Shown piece by piece: positions 13,821-28,640 of a stretch of DNA of 64,000 nucleotides. This DNA is from Schmidtea polychroa (Eukaryota). Location: the NCBI GenBank assembly GCA_044892525.1, contig CM097885.1:43712001-43776000 (forward strand). Direction: 5' to 3'. Each line of letters opens with the position of its first letter. Position 1 is the first letter of the stretch. Made by a program: the position numbers and the translations under genes. Below the pieces are notes generated by a model. The model was not told where the DNA came from. It did not search any database and saw only the letters and a list, made by a program, of their open reading frames with translations.

Positions 13821-15734
13821 GTGCTTTTCATTAATTTAATTTCGTTAAATGTCTAATTTATCTTAATCCTTAAAAATGTGACATATTGACTGTATCCAGA
13901 CAAAAATTATAAAATTGCCAACTTATTTATTTATTCATTAAGCAATTTATTCTACTCCACTATTAAGGGTTTTCTATACAAGATAATTTTTTTTACATAA
14001 TATTTATTATTATATTAAAATTAGATGTTATTTTAGTACTCTGTGTGTAAATTGTGTGTGAAAAAAAATATTTGAATTGAAAATCTTAAACCAATCTGTA
14101 ATTTTTAAACAAAATATATTTCTTAATCAGTTTAAAATATTCAAATCATTTATGTTCTACACCTAGTCCCACTAGACAACACTTTCTATTGTTAAAAAAA
14201 TTATAAAATGTATAATATAGGTAATAAATACAATGGAAAAAAACAATGTTGGTGAAATTGGAAAAAAAATTCTTATAATAATACATAAACTTGCCTGTGT
14301 GTTGCCTGTGTGTTGCCTGTGTTGTTGAACACGCTTATTCTTATTTGAATGAAATAAAAACTTCCATAACATACAAAAATCAATAAGTTAATATTAGAAA
14401 CAAATTTAATTTTTAAAGTTACATCGAATAAAATCATCTATAGAAATTTAGAAAGTGGTAGTAAAAATAAATTGAATACGGAAAATCAATACATAGTAAA
14501 AGATTGTGCAAACTTTCGAAACACCTACCATGAAGTAATATAGAAATTGAATGACACTGGATATTGTATCAACCACGATAATGCTTCTTTAATAATTATT
14601 TTTGTTTTGTTAATTATTTATAGTTTAAAATTGATCTAATTCACTTTAAATCGAAATAATTCGAAATTTAAATTCATAAAAATGATGAAAAATTAATTAT
14701 AAATAAATTATATTAAAAATTGTCGATTAAAACTAATATTTAAGAGCTTGAATAATCTCATATCTTTATGAAATCTAAATTCAAGTCTTAAAATTTATTT
14801 TGTAAAAATCTTACTTGACCGTCATTTTTAAAATGACTGATATCAACTTGGTAAATTTAACTAAATTTATTACTCATATTATTTATACATCAGTTTTACA
14901 CATCAACCGGCATTATGGAATTTTTCCGTTGAAACAATTATATTATATTGTTTTAAAATTTTTCTATTCAAAAAATTCCTAAAATAGACAAAATGATACT
15001 AAGCTAGTGGTCAAATTGTTACGTTCAATAGCACCTGTAGCGAATTGAAAAATCATAACAATTAATACAAGCCAAAATTTATTTGAATAAATTGATGATG
15101 GAATATTGGAAGTATACATGTCTTGTTTTTCTTTGCATTTTCTACTAGTTGGAAGAAACTCTTCTATTTGGATGTGCATTTTATCTGATAGTTTTTTCTG
15201 TATTTTGAAATATTTGAATCTCTTACTATTTTATTATTTAAACAAAAATAAAATGCAAATATATATATTAATGCCCAAAATATTAATATATATTTAAAGT
15301 TTATATAAAGGCTGTCAAACTTTTGTCAAAACGACCAAAAAAAATCAATTTTTTTTCTTTAGGAAAATATATATTTGGACCAATTTCAATAAATAACAAT
15401 ATAATGTAACAATAAAATAATAATATTTATTAGCTGAAAAATAATAAACTAAAACTATTCAAAAACTATCACGTCACTGCACATTTTGTCCGGTTTTGCG
15501 CGAACGTATATATACGTCAGTGCGCGTTAAGGGGTTAAATGTAAACCTCCGATTTTTTGAGTCAATTCCCAGACACCGTTTGACTGTAAACATTTGATTT
15601 GTATTAAATAATTAAAGTTTTATTATTATTTTCTTCAATATATTCCTGGAGGAAAATTCTCATACGGTTTTACCTTACTATTGGAATGGCTTCCCAACAG
15701 AAGACTGCTTTATTATTTTTAGATTAAGTTAAAT

Positions 15735-15791
<57 letters not shown>

Positions 15792-18094
15792 TTTATTTAT
15801 ATATATTTTATATACATCTTTTATAATACATTAAATAAAAGATTATTTCTTTTAGAAATCTTATCGTCCATTAGTAAGTTTTATACGGATTTTCTTAACA
15901 ATTGAAGTGGCTCCATTCTAGTAAATAGATTTGTTGATATTTTGATTACCATCGTTTATTTACTCTTTATATATAAAATTATTTAAATTGAAATATTTCT
16001 TTTCCAGAAATCTCTCCTTCAATCTCCAAATTTGTATAATGTAAAAATATTTAAAAGTGAGAAAATATTTGAATTTTTCAATACAGGGTCCAAATTCGAT
16101 TCTACAAGAAACTTTATTGGTTATTTTTAAAATAATAATTTTTCATTTTATCTTTTATAGAAAATTACTGATAATCTTTCTAGATCTACTATAGAGGTAA
16201 TATGTTATGTATAATAAATATTTCCACTGTTTTTTTGCAGAGTTGACAATATTTTGCATGATCACATTGGAAAATTTATAAATAAAAGTTTTACTATTAA
16301 AAATTAAACTATTTTCATCAAACCCATTATTATTTCTCACAATTGATCTCATTTATTTTCACTTTTCTATATCTTCATTTGTTTAAAGTTTATTGATCGA
16401 TATTTTTTATTTGTTTAATGTAAATCTTCGGTACAGCTTTTTGTCAAGTGTTTCAAAATATATTCCAAAAATTCCTGGTAAATATTAAAAAAATATGAAA
16501 TGATTTATTAACAATTTTATTAACAATTAAATCTAAAAAATTATCAGTCAATACAAACATTTTTTTAAGTACATTATTGTATAATGTTAATATAATTCAA
16601 ATAAATAAATAGGTAAGCTATTTTCGCAGTGTTTATTAAATAACATATTTCAAACTAAACTGCTCCTGTTTAATTCAATATGAAATTTATCAAATCTTTC
16701 TATTTTTACTCCTCTCTTATTAAATCTTTTCTTTTGGTTTCTTTTGTTTTATAAGTGATAAATTTGAAAAAATATAAAAATCAAAACAAAAAATTAAAAT
16801 AGTTTTAAAAATTAAATTCAAATTTTTCAATATTAAAATTCAAATAAATTTGTACATTAAAAAAAATTTTTTTTCATCTCAAATTTGCTTAATTTTGATT
16901 ATTCGTCATTAAGTTTGGCTCTGACTACTTTAAATAAACGTTAAAATAACTTGTCAAAGTGGAATCATTTATTAAAATATAATTTAGGTCCTGGTCACAC
17001 CAATACGAAATCGTTCTCTCTCTCATTTTTTCTCTATAATTGAATCCTTTTACCTTAATAATAAAATCATTTAATTGAAGTTGTCCAAAGTGCTTAGTTT
17101 TAAAGATTTGACCCATTTTGAGAATCTTTATTGCTGAAAATTCCAGAATGCGATTAGTGACGTTTAAAATTTTGATCATTTTGTAATCTTACAGATGTAG
17201 TCAACATTCAAATTAACCATTAGAGTGCTGAGGAACGCCATGCCGCTCTTTGTTGTTTAAGCCATTGAGTGGCTAGCACCATCGCACCCCATATGTTATC
17301 GTGCAAACTTTGACATTATTTGCAAAAATATCTTATAAATTTTTATTAAAATATGTTAAAAATTATGAAAGATATTAAATATTTAATCACCTCTTTTCAT
17401 CGTTTTCGATTCAGCAAATTTGTATAATATATGAAAAAAACGATCATAACTCAAATGGTTAATTATCGCAGATCATATTTACCATCAAAATTCTTACAAA
17501 AAATGATCAAATTTCCCTTAATTGGCATTTATGTTGGTTGGGGAAATGTGTCATTTTCTTTCGAACTACCTGGCAAAAAATTGACAATTATTAAATATTC
17601 TGAAATAACTAAAATTTACGTATTAAATTTTTCAATAATTCAATAATATTTAAAACGAAGTTTCAAATTTTAAAAAATACTTTAAAATTTAATAACATGT
17701 TTAAAGTGTTTTATTTATTTTTAGGAAAAAAAACAATATTTAGAAGTAAATTTTAATCAAATATGAAAATTTTTATAATTAATTTACAAAATATTTGTAT
17801 AATATTTTTATTAGATAATGACAGATAATTTGATACAATTTACATCAGTAAAATTATTATAATTTTAAAATTAACCTGAATTTCTCATTTAAAGCAAACT
17901 GTTTCATCTAATAAATTTGAATCAATGGAATCAGAAGTAAAATTTATTACAAATTTTGTGGCTTAGGGTATTTTATGAAATTTTTAAATTTTAGACTGAC
18001 AATCAGAAAATTGTTAAACATTTCAAGGTAATATTTTCAGATAATATATAATCAAATTTCCTTTAACATTTAATATGACTGAACTTAGACAAAG

Positions 18095-18156
<62 letters not shown>

Positions 18157-21100
18157 GTCGCTTAGGGTAGAGTCGTTATAATGGTCTCGAGTTACTGACA
18201 ATTTCTTTCTGAAACGCCTTCAAGATTATTGTCTTTTTCTTGTTAAGTTTGGATTTACGTCTCAGTAGTGTCTCAGACTTGGCAGTAGTGTCGGAAATTT
18301 GAGCTGCTGGAATGAGATTACATAGTTCAGTGTACTTTAATTTCGGGGCCCTCATCCGAAACTCATTTTCGGTGGACACTATCATCAAAGTTTTACTTTG
18401 CTCGCGTGCGATTTTCAGTTACCAGTCCATCTCGTTCTAAATAAGGTTGATTTATTTGAAACGCATCAAAATGTTAACACATTTTAAACCATATAAACTT
18501 TATTTAAAATTGAAATTACAAAAAAAATTATATTTAAACCAACTTTTACATAAAGTTTATTTAATTTATTGAAAATCTCCAAAACTCCAACTAATCATAT
18601 AAAAAATGTTTTTGTAAAAAAAATAATTTTAACAACATTAATGTTTGTGCAAATTTTGAAAGGAATAGCACAGAAATTTGTTAATTTTATTTATCTAGAA
18701 TCTAATGATTAGAATGATCGTTTCTCGTATTCGGCGCAGGACCACCCTTGGAAGACCACCACAGCACATACTAATTTAAAACTACCTTGTTAAAGCCCGC
18801 CAGACTGTCCGAAGAGTTTTACCTCGTAGACCTACAACTCTTTTCAGTCCCTAGCCGGCGAAGCCCGAACTCTTGACCGGTACTGTGCATCCATAAGATT
18901 TTTGGAGTGTCTCAAATCACGAATCATTCATAAAAATCAAATATAAATCTTACTGTTTATTTCGAATAAGTACTATAGAGTTGTGAATAAGTATTAGTGT
19001 GAGTTTTCGTTAATGTGTCAGAAAACGTGTAATAGTGTATTTTGTTGGTTCAAGCCCCGGCTTTTATCGTATTTTCCTGTTTGCATGGTTCGTCTGGCTA
19101 ATCATTGTTTGTCCACCCCGCATTTGAGGTTCTCAAAACCAAATTATTTCTTTCTTTCGTAATTGGTTCTTTTTGGTTTTTCTCTAATTTTTCTACTTTT
19201 TAATTAACTCTCTATTTAACCTCCTCCACTTTCTCTTTTTTAGTCGCCATATTTGATTTTCATCCACTTTCTGTATTTTTTGGCGATTCAGTGGTTTTTT
19301 CTTTATTTTTCTTACTTTTTGTTTATGCTAATATGTTATATTTATTATTCATCAGTTTTTACATTTTATAATGTTTTAATTATTTTCTTTTCTTTAATAT
19401 ATTTTACTCTGGTTTACTTGGTGTTTATTTATGGATTTTAATCTAACTTCTTCTGGTGCTTGCGTATGCGCAATAGAACTTGACCAATTTCTTATTTTCT
19501 TGGGTTCTAGATAATAATATTCTCATAATTCTGCCGGTTCTATGAGTTTTCTGTGTGTGGGCGAGGTGCGAATTTGCCACCGCAAAATTAAAAAATGTTG
19601 TAATTTTAAAAGTGAAGAAAAATAGAAAAACACTGATTATTTGAACTATATATATATATATATATATAAAATTATAAAAAATAAAAAAAAAATTTTTCTT
19701 GTTGGAATTAAAACAAAAAACTTAGAAAATGCCGCCTTCGAAAATATAGATAGATAGATTTGTAACACCATTTATTTCTTTTAAATTTATTCAACTTTAA
19801 AAAAACTGTAAATTTTAAAGACTCATAAGTATAAACGCAAAGAATTGTTTTTAATGTTACAGTATAACAATTTCTATAATAATTTTATAATTATTATTAC
19901 TATTATTATTATTTTAATTATTATTTTATTACTAAAAAATAAAATAAGAATACTTACAAAATAAATTGCCTAATCCGGTAATTATTATCCAATATTTTAT
20001 GACTGATGCTGGTTTGTATACTTCATGGTTTGTATCAATAATAAATAGTATGCTAATAACATTCTTTTATAGATTACGTAATTAGAGGCTCTATAGTGTT
20101 ACAATTAATTGTTCCAGTTTTGATTTTATTCCGCCCTAACCCTGTATTATTAATATTATTATTATTAATATTATAATTATATTATTGTTATTATTAATTT
20201 TTTATTATTACTTCCAGTTAAATTTTGAAGTGAGTCGCTTTTTAATAATAGTTTTACTTTATATATTAATTATTATATTTTATGTTTAAAATTGAATAAA
20301 TTCATTATAATTCTCATTTATTAATACTTTTATATTTTTGTGACTCGTGATTGGTGTAATATGCAATTGAAATAATTTATTCAAAAGAAGTTGATAAAAA
20401 ATATAAAAATCAACATATATATGAAAAGTCATATTATGTATTGGCCCCCAAAAGTTACAGCACAGCGTTGTGATGGATCTAAGAAAAGTTTAAAATCAGC
20501 ACATTTGTGTATGTTTATACTTGTATTCTATGCTGAAAAACTGTTTTAAATAGTTTATCAACTTTAACATGCACTATCAGTAACATTTATTTTTTTCACT
20601 TTTTATCTCTTATTTATCTTCATTTATTTTTCGATTATAAATAAATGTTTCATATTTACAACAAATTTCTTGCAATACCTTTTAAAGTAACGCTATAATT
20701 TGTGCTAAATCTCAAAGAATGATTGAGTGTTAAATAAAACGAAAATATAACTTTATTTCAACTTTTCAACGATGCCTTCAATAATAACAACTGATAGGTA
20801 AGTGACTTAAAGGAAATATATTGAAAAAAGAATAAATTTTCTAATTTTTTTGAGAAGACATATTTGCAAATAGAAATTTCCTTTCCTAAATGGAGACTGG
20901 TTTAATGTGGCGATTACGTCTTTGCAAATTATTTTTCATTAAGCGGGGAATGGCTGTATTTTAAATTAAGGTATTTTAATGATTATTAATAAGAATTTAA
21001 TTACTAAGGGTGCAAATCACAATATATTGAAATTTTGGCATTTTTACAAATGAAAAATTACCAAAAGTTATCCATTGGAGAGAATTTTTAATTAGGAAAA

Positions 21101-21961
21101 TATTCAGGCATTTTTCTGTTAATAAGTTCATTCACTGTCAAAATTATTAAAATTATTATACAATGTTATATGAAAAGAAATCAGTGGTAAAATTTGAAAA
21201 AAGTTCTTATGATACAAAAAACTTAAATGATTTAACTTTTTAAGTGCATATAAAATATATATTCGTCATTAACATAGGAACTACTTTGCGATTATGACGG
21301 ATATATTTGCAATGTCGACATTTGAGTGAATCTCTGTGGTCTTGACTTATACTTATGTCTGCCTTAGTGCATCCATCTGTGCTGACCCCAGGAGAAGTCG
21401 TGTCAATCAACCTTTATTCTATTTTTTTTGCAATTTTCAGATAATGGGAAGGTGTATATATTTGCATGCCGTGCATGTTTCTGGTCTCCGTGATGTTCAT
21501 TATGGTTTATTGATTGTAGTGCTTAAGACATTAACTTTTATAACTGCATTGTACATCAAACAACATTTTCAACATTTTTTTTCAACATTTTTTAAGTGGA
21601 TAAAATTTAAAGTTTTTCAATTGTTTGTTCAGAAAGAGTTTGATGAAGAGGATGAATACGTAAGTTTAAAATACTTTAATATAATTTAATATAATTTAAT
21701 ATATAATTTAATATATCATAATTTAATGTATCATATGCCTTTTTGAGGCAATTCAACATAATAAAAAAAACAAATTTCACTATTTAAAGTTTTTAAAATT
21801 ATATAAAAAAATATAATTATATTTTTATCAAATATATAAGATTTTTAATAATTTTATACAACAAAAAAAGTAACAATTTGAATAAATGTCAATATTTCTC
21901 TTATATTAATATTTAACTCAATTCATATTTATATATTTAACATTTTATTAAAAGATCTAAA

Positions 21962-23170
21962 AATGTCTGTGAGTAAAACGAAGATTGTTTGGAGCAAAAT
22001 ATAAAAGAAAAACGAGAAGAAAAACAAAATGAAGCTAATAAAAAGTTTGGTTCATTAACAAAGTTTTTGGAAAAATCATCAGAAATGAAAAATAATTGCT
22101 GTAGTCAGTCAAATTCAACTAGTAAATTTGTTTCCGATAAAAACGAAAACGAATTATTTGTTGCAAATCCTAATGATCATATTAACAAAAAATAGTTATG
22201 CAATATGCAGAAAAAATTAAGGAACAAGTATCGAAGGAAATTTACGAGTCCATAAAGAACAAAAAAATGTAAAGCTTTACCACAGATGAGTGAACATCAA
22301 TTAAAAACCACAGATTCATTAATGTTAATATCCATGGAAATGATGGTAAATTTTGGAACCTTGGATTGAATCCAATTCATGGACCTGCACCTGCTGAGGT
22401 ATGCGCAGAATTAATTAAAAACAAATTACAAGAATTTAAAGTTTCGTTGGACCATATCGTTTCCGTTACATCGGACGGAGCTGCCTTCATGAAAAAAACA
22501 ATGAAATTGCTGAATAAAAACCATCAGCTATGCCTTGTACACGGATTGCAATTGCCAATCGTAAAATTACTTTATAATATGAACACCCCATATGTACAAG
22601 ATGATGATAATGAAACTAATTTGCCAATTATTAGAGACTCAGATTCTGATACTAATATTTCCGATAGTGAATACGATCATTTTTATATATTTCAAGAAGC
22701 AACTGAATCTTTTCAATTTGTTCTTCAAAATGCTGAAATAAATTGTTTAATAACAAAAATACGGCAGATAGTAAGAATTTATAGAAAATCGTGAACCAAA
22801 AATAATTTATTACAAAAATATGAAAAAGAAATCATGGGGAAAGAGCTTTGTTTAATTTTAGATTGTAAAACCAGGTCGAATAGTTTATTAAATATGTTGG
22901 AGAGATTTTATTATTTAAAGATGCTGTTCGATAAAGTTTGATTGATTTAAAATTGGAGTTTGATTTCAATGACAGAGAATTAAAATTACTGTCACATATA
23001 ATCACAAGTTTTCAACCCATCAAGCTAGCTGTGGAAACCCTATCTAAAGAAATACTAATTGATATGTGGCCGATATAACGTTAAAATTTATGTTGGATGA
23101 ATTGTCTAAATAAAATAATTTTTTAAGACTGAATTAAAAACCCCTTAATATACAACATAAAGGAGAGAAT
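21962..23170 (+). pseudogene. Decayed hAT transposase
   Basis: Motifs FTTDE*TS, VTSDGA, CLVHGLQL (CxxH) and LILDCKTRSNSLLNMLERF, broken by stops and frameshifts. Confidence 0.85.
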
Positions 23171-26100
23171 GTTTATTGCTACCTAGTTTTTGTGGCCTAT
23201 TATGGTCTGCACACTAAGTAGTTGTATCTCTGGCCTGCTTAGACAAAAGTAAAAATGTCAAGGAAAAAAATTTTAAATTTTTACAATGATATTTTTCCTT
23301 ATTTATTTTTTACAAAATTTTCAATTGCATTATTAAAGTCAATTTTTCTGTGAAATGGCTTCTTAAGAAATTATGACAAGTTTTCTTAACTTTACTTATA
23401 TTTATAAGATACCAAAGTGCGGCCCGTTGTGTATCACCCCTACACCATCCTGGTTATGCTACTGTTTTGAAACGCTCGTGCCTGTTAGAGTGATATAATA
23501 AATACTTGAATAAATTTATAGAATTTAGAAGATGAAGATGTGAGTTTAATATTGCTAGATTGTTATTATTTATTAATTCTATATTTTATTAATTACAACT
23601 AATAAAATTCGTAAAACAAAAGTTATAATATCAATATACACCCATCCTTCGTTTAAGACCATAGCTAGGTTCTACTAGATCACCGTGTTAATCAGAACTT
23701 TTGTTTTTTCATAAAAAATTATATAAGTTTAGTCAAAATCTATGAAAAATTAAATCAAAATATATGGTCATTCTATAATTCTGTATTAGAAACTGGTTCA
23801 AATAGGATTAAATTAAGCAGAAATCAATAATTAATAATAATATACTATTTACAATAATAAGTAACAAATAAAGATGTTACATTTGTACTTATAACTGAAA
23901 TTAGTAAAGTTATTATTTCAAATGATGTATGGATTGCTGTTTTAATTCATAACTGTAGATCTCAACACATTGCTAGTGGGTCACGGGTTTACTGGAGTTT
24001 TGTAAGCCGCTGTTGTTGACGGTTAGCGAGATAGCTCGTATTTTCAGAACGGTGCTCTTAGATGCTACCTGCTGTGATCTATTTAAACTAGTTCGTCAAT
24101 TCAATTGTCCACGTCAGTCATCGATTGAGCACAAAAAAGCAGCTGGGAAAAAATTCAATAGCTGGGATAAGTTAGAAACAATGTTCGGTATTCAATATGA
24201 TAGTACACTACCACAATATATAATATTCGACATTTAGAACTATCGAAACTTAGTAATAATTTAATAAAACAAATAGCATTAATATAATTTAAATTTTTGT
24301 GTACCTTTAATTTGTTTTTTTCGAGTAAAATTTTATTTATCTTCATTTACACCAATTTAATGTTTCTTCTAGTTTTCAAAAATTAAATAAAATTTAGTTA
24401 AAATATAAAATAATATTAAACGATTGGTTAAATAAGATAAACACTTATCTACAGTAAAACATATACATGTTTTAATTTACTAAATGTTATTTTACGATAC
24501 ATGAAAAAGCGTTAAAATAAATATTTATTCAGTTTATAAGTATCAAAAAATATTTGATATAATTTATCATCAGGCCCACACCAAGTAGGGTGCAAGTGAT
24601 GGTTTAAACTTACTGTTTATTAATTACATCCGTTTGCAGTGAACAAACGCATCTATAATGTAAAAATAAAATCAATACGTGTATATTATATAAACATACA
24701 AACTTACCTGTGTTTTGATTTTTAGCGTTGCAATGATCAAAAGCATTTAATATAGAAAGTGAGAAAGTGGTAGAAAAAATAAACTAACACACACAAACAC
24801 AACACAGTAAAGAATGCATGCAAAATTTCGATATGTAGAATCGTAATGAATAAACGCACTATAATAAATCATTTACAGAACTTTTTAGAAAAAAATGACC
24901 GAAAATATTTTGACTAAAATTCCAAAAACTCAACTTTGAGTTGTATAGATAATAAAGACATTATTTCGTAAGATTTATCTTCAATTTTTAATAAATTTAA
25001 TATTAATTTTTTTAATAGAACATGACAAAATTCGACTAATCAATGCTTTTGAAAAGGTTGAAAATTACGAAGAATTTTGAGGATTACTTAGAATCACCAA
25101 ACAATCGATTGAAACAATAATTTTCATATATATAAAATATGGATAAATTTGCAAACGGAAAATAGATAGAAGACAAAGAATTTAGTAGAATCCAATTTTT
25201 ATGCATCTTTGGAAGAAATGAGAATTGTGTTTGGCGATTACTTTATTTATTTATAGTTAAAAATATATCTGACTTACATTATATAGAAATAATTCGAAAT
25301 AATTTCATAAAATTTCATAAAAATCTTAAAAACCCCTGAAATTTAATTATAAATAATTTATAATAAAAAATGTTGAAAAAAGTAATATTTAAGAGCTTGA
25401 ATAATGATCTCATATCTATAAAATTACTTGAAAGCGATTTCTAAAATTGCTACAATAGTTAATCTTAAATTAACTTTTTCATTAGAAATAGTGACGCATT
25501 TATAATTGGTTGTACACACCAACCTATATTATAGATGCGTTTGTTCACTGCAAACAGTTGTAAATAAGTAAAACATGTGAGTATATTATATACTTATGTT
25601 ACATAGGATAACCATAAGTTATGTATGTAAAATTTACGTCGTAAATAAATATTACATTCGTAACATTGTTAGTGTTATGATATTACTTTGCAAGTGTTGC
25701 TCCTACAAATTTCAAACGAAAATACTTATTAAAACGATGATTGATATTATTATATGTTAAATATTATATTAAAACTAAAATAATTTTACCCTATTAGGGG
25801 TGGTAACTTTTACTTGACAACCCGGCAACAACGTATCTTAGCGTGACCCTGTTCTTCATATAACTAAAATATTATAACTTTTATTTGTCTGTTATTTTAT
25901 AATAAATAATATTTTAAATGAATGATATTATATTTAATTCATGGCGATTTTGATTCAGCATAAGGTACGTACTGCAAAGGTAATTGGGATATGCATTGCT
26001 ATTCTTGTTTATTCATAATTAGTATGACTACATAAATAAATTGGTCGACTCCCGATATACAAAGAAGACGATTATGCAAATGTGAAATATTCCCAAACTA

Positions 26101-26283
26101 TTCAGAATCAAGTATATTTTAATGTTATTAAAATTAAATTTCCTAACATTGAGAAAGAGAACAATTTATTATATATGTCATTCATAGGCCCAACACTTGA
26201 TTAAAATAAAATTCCTTATTTACTAAATATTTATTTGAATTTTAATTTTGAAATTTATTTAGAAAGTAATAGAAACCTTAAGC

Positions 26284-26630
26284 CAGTAGTTCTCAATTAA
26301 TATAAAAGCGTGGAATACCATTCACATGACTTTTTTACGCGGAACACTGACAAAAAAATACTTGCCCACAATGAGTGACCAATCACAAATTGCTATAAAT
26401 CTGTCGTAAAGGTAAACAATGCCTTCTTATAAGCAAAGAAAATACGACGCGCAACAATAACAAGCAATAAAAACACTTTTATATTTGTATGTTTATACAT
26501 CTGTGTAACGGCTTTCTTATTGAATCATCTTATAAAAAAATTAATTGAGGTTTTTGATGATTTGTATCTTAAATGTAAATTTAAAGATAAAATGTCATTT
26601 TTTTCGCGGAACACGGGTTGAGAACCACTC
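26284..26630. mobile_element. hAT MITE, diverged inverted copy of 60081-60444
   Basis: Ends CAGTAGTTCTCAA ... TTGAGAACCACT; the interior is the reverse complement of the 60081-60444 element. Confidence 0.85.
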
Positions 26631-26748
26631 ACAAATTTAGTTATTAAAATATGTAGTTAAATACCCATAGTCCAGTAATTTTTTTTATTTAAAAACAATA
26701 TAGAAAAATTGTGAATAAAAGAGTAAATGTGTTGCAAATATAAACAGT

Positions 26749-27900
26749 TTAATCTTCCTTAATTGATTTTTTGAGATCAGAATCAAAAAGATAATTCAAC
26801 ACATCGGAATAGGAAGTTCGTCTTTCTTTTATACGACGTATGAAAGCATTATTAAGTTCATTGCTGAAAAATGTATTTAGATTTGTTAGTTCGTCAAACA
26901 TAAACTTTAGCGTTACGTCAGTAATATACAAATTGACATTTTCACTACATAGTGTTTCAACAGCAACTTTTATCGGTCGTAACGCTAGTATTATATCAGA
27001 TAACAATGTAAGTTCATCGTCGGTAAAGTTAGTAGCTGATTTCAGATCTATAAGACTCTTTCTCATACTATCCTTAATCAACGCGAAGCGCTCCAGCATA
27101 GCCAGCAAACTATTCCAGTGAGTTTTACAGTCAAGTATTAACGAATGCTATTTACCTAATTCTTATTTTACATGTTTTGTAATATTTCATCATTCTTTGT
27201 CTGGTTTGTAAACCTTCATTATTATCTTCATTATCTTCGTCGTTGCCATCGCCATAATTGTCATTATCATTTGCATCAGGTAATTCAACAAGTTCTTGAT
27301 GTTCATCCTAAATTTCGTCGTAATTATTTTTACAATACAGAACTTTGAATATAGCCAAGTGTATTCCATGTGCAAGACATAAGTGATGATTTGCATTAAT
27401 CAATTTTACTGCTTTCCATCTGTAGTAATTGATACAATTTTTGCTAAAGAAATACCAAACTCTTTCAGTTTATTTTGAATGAGAATTACACATCATTCAG
27501 CAGGCATAGATCCATGAATACAACATAATCCAAGGTTCCAAAATTTGTTGTCACTTCTATGGACATTAGTGATCATTTATCGACAGTTATTAATAGAGGT
27601 CCATTCGTTAATGTCAGACTAAACCCTTTATTATCAAGTATATGTTGTGATATTTCGCTGACAATTTCCTGCTTAATTTTATCTGCATATTGTAAAACAA
27701 TTTTTTAGGAATTAGGAATGTCTGTATAGCCCTTGGCATTTAAATATATTCGCAAATCTTGATATGTAAACAATTTTATAAACGGAATTCCATCTCGCGC
27801 GGCCATTCTCGCTACTACAGTAGTCAAACAATCGTCAATTGCTTTCTTGAAATATGAAGTAATTTTTGAACAATAATTAATCGAAACAGATAAATCATTA
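26749..27900 (-). pseudogene. Decayed hAT transposase related to the 22-kb copy
   Basis: FWNLGL, SITTDG, LILDCKTHWNSLLAMLERF and PIKVAVETL parallel the 21962-23170 copy. Confidence 0.85.
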
Positions 27901-27904
27901 GTAC

Positions 27905-28640
27905 CTCTTCCCCCACCTCAAAAACACGAGTTCCCCTCTTTGTCTTATCTATAGCTCTCATAGTGTCTGCGGCGTTACACTAGTTAAATCTCGCGTCTTC
28001 GATTCTTTCGCTTCTTGATATCTCGGCTTGTTTCAGGTTAGAGTGTAGGTTAAAACTCCATAAATTATCTCAAATGGTGATAAACCTTTATAGTGAACTC
28101 TATTCTAGGTAGAGGTTCGTGCCAGTTTCTCTCTTCACATCTACCTGCCAATGTTGCTGTAGTAAGATCTCTTATCATTCGTACTGCTCATTCGGCCAAA
28201 CCATTTGATTGTTGCTGATTAGGTAAGCTGAATTCTTGTTTGAATCAAGTTTCTGTAGCTTCTGTCTTATGAAATTCCCTTCGAAATTGCGGCCTCTATC
28301 TGTTAAAATGCTCTTCGGTTTTCCGAATCGGTAGATTCGACTACTAAGTATCGTTTTGAAAAATCGTCCCTTTGTCTTGCTTTGTGATTGCAGTTAAAGA
28401 AATCAGTTTGCTAAACCGGCCCACCATTACTACCATATATTTTTTTATGGCGTTTATTTTCATGTAAGCCACATCTATAACAATCTGTTCTAGGAATTCA
28501 GAGCTAAATCTAGGAATAAACATTTCCTTGGTTCTTGCTTGACAGATCTTTCTCTTTTCTCTTGGAACTAAGAAGAAACTACATTGCTTAACGCAGCTCC
28601 TGATGTTTAGAAGGTAGATATCTGGACAATAGAGAATCAA
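27905..28640 (-). pseudogene. Decayed Ty3/Gypsy integrase fragment
   Basis: IDVAYM...MVGRFSK, YRFGKPKSILTDRGRNF, QSNGLAE, SPFEIIYG; contains stops and frameshifts. Confidence 0.85.

Noticed and set aside
15500..15538. piggyBac-like terminus (...GCGCGTTAAGGGG-TTAA)
   Set aside because: No matching partner end was found in the window, so no element could be delimited.
18155..19200. GC-richer block after a TA tract, possibly the 5' part of a non-LTR element
   Set aside because: No recognisable protein motif or termini.
21336..21689. 117-aa ORF with weak Penelope GIY-YIG-like fragments
   Set aside because: Too degenerate to support a call.
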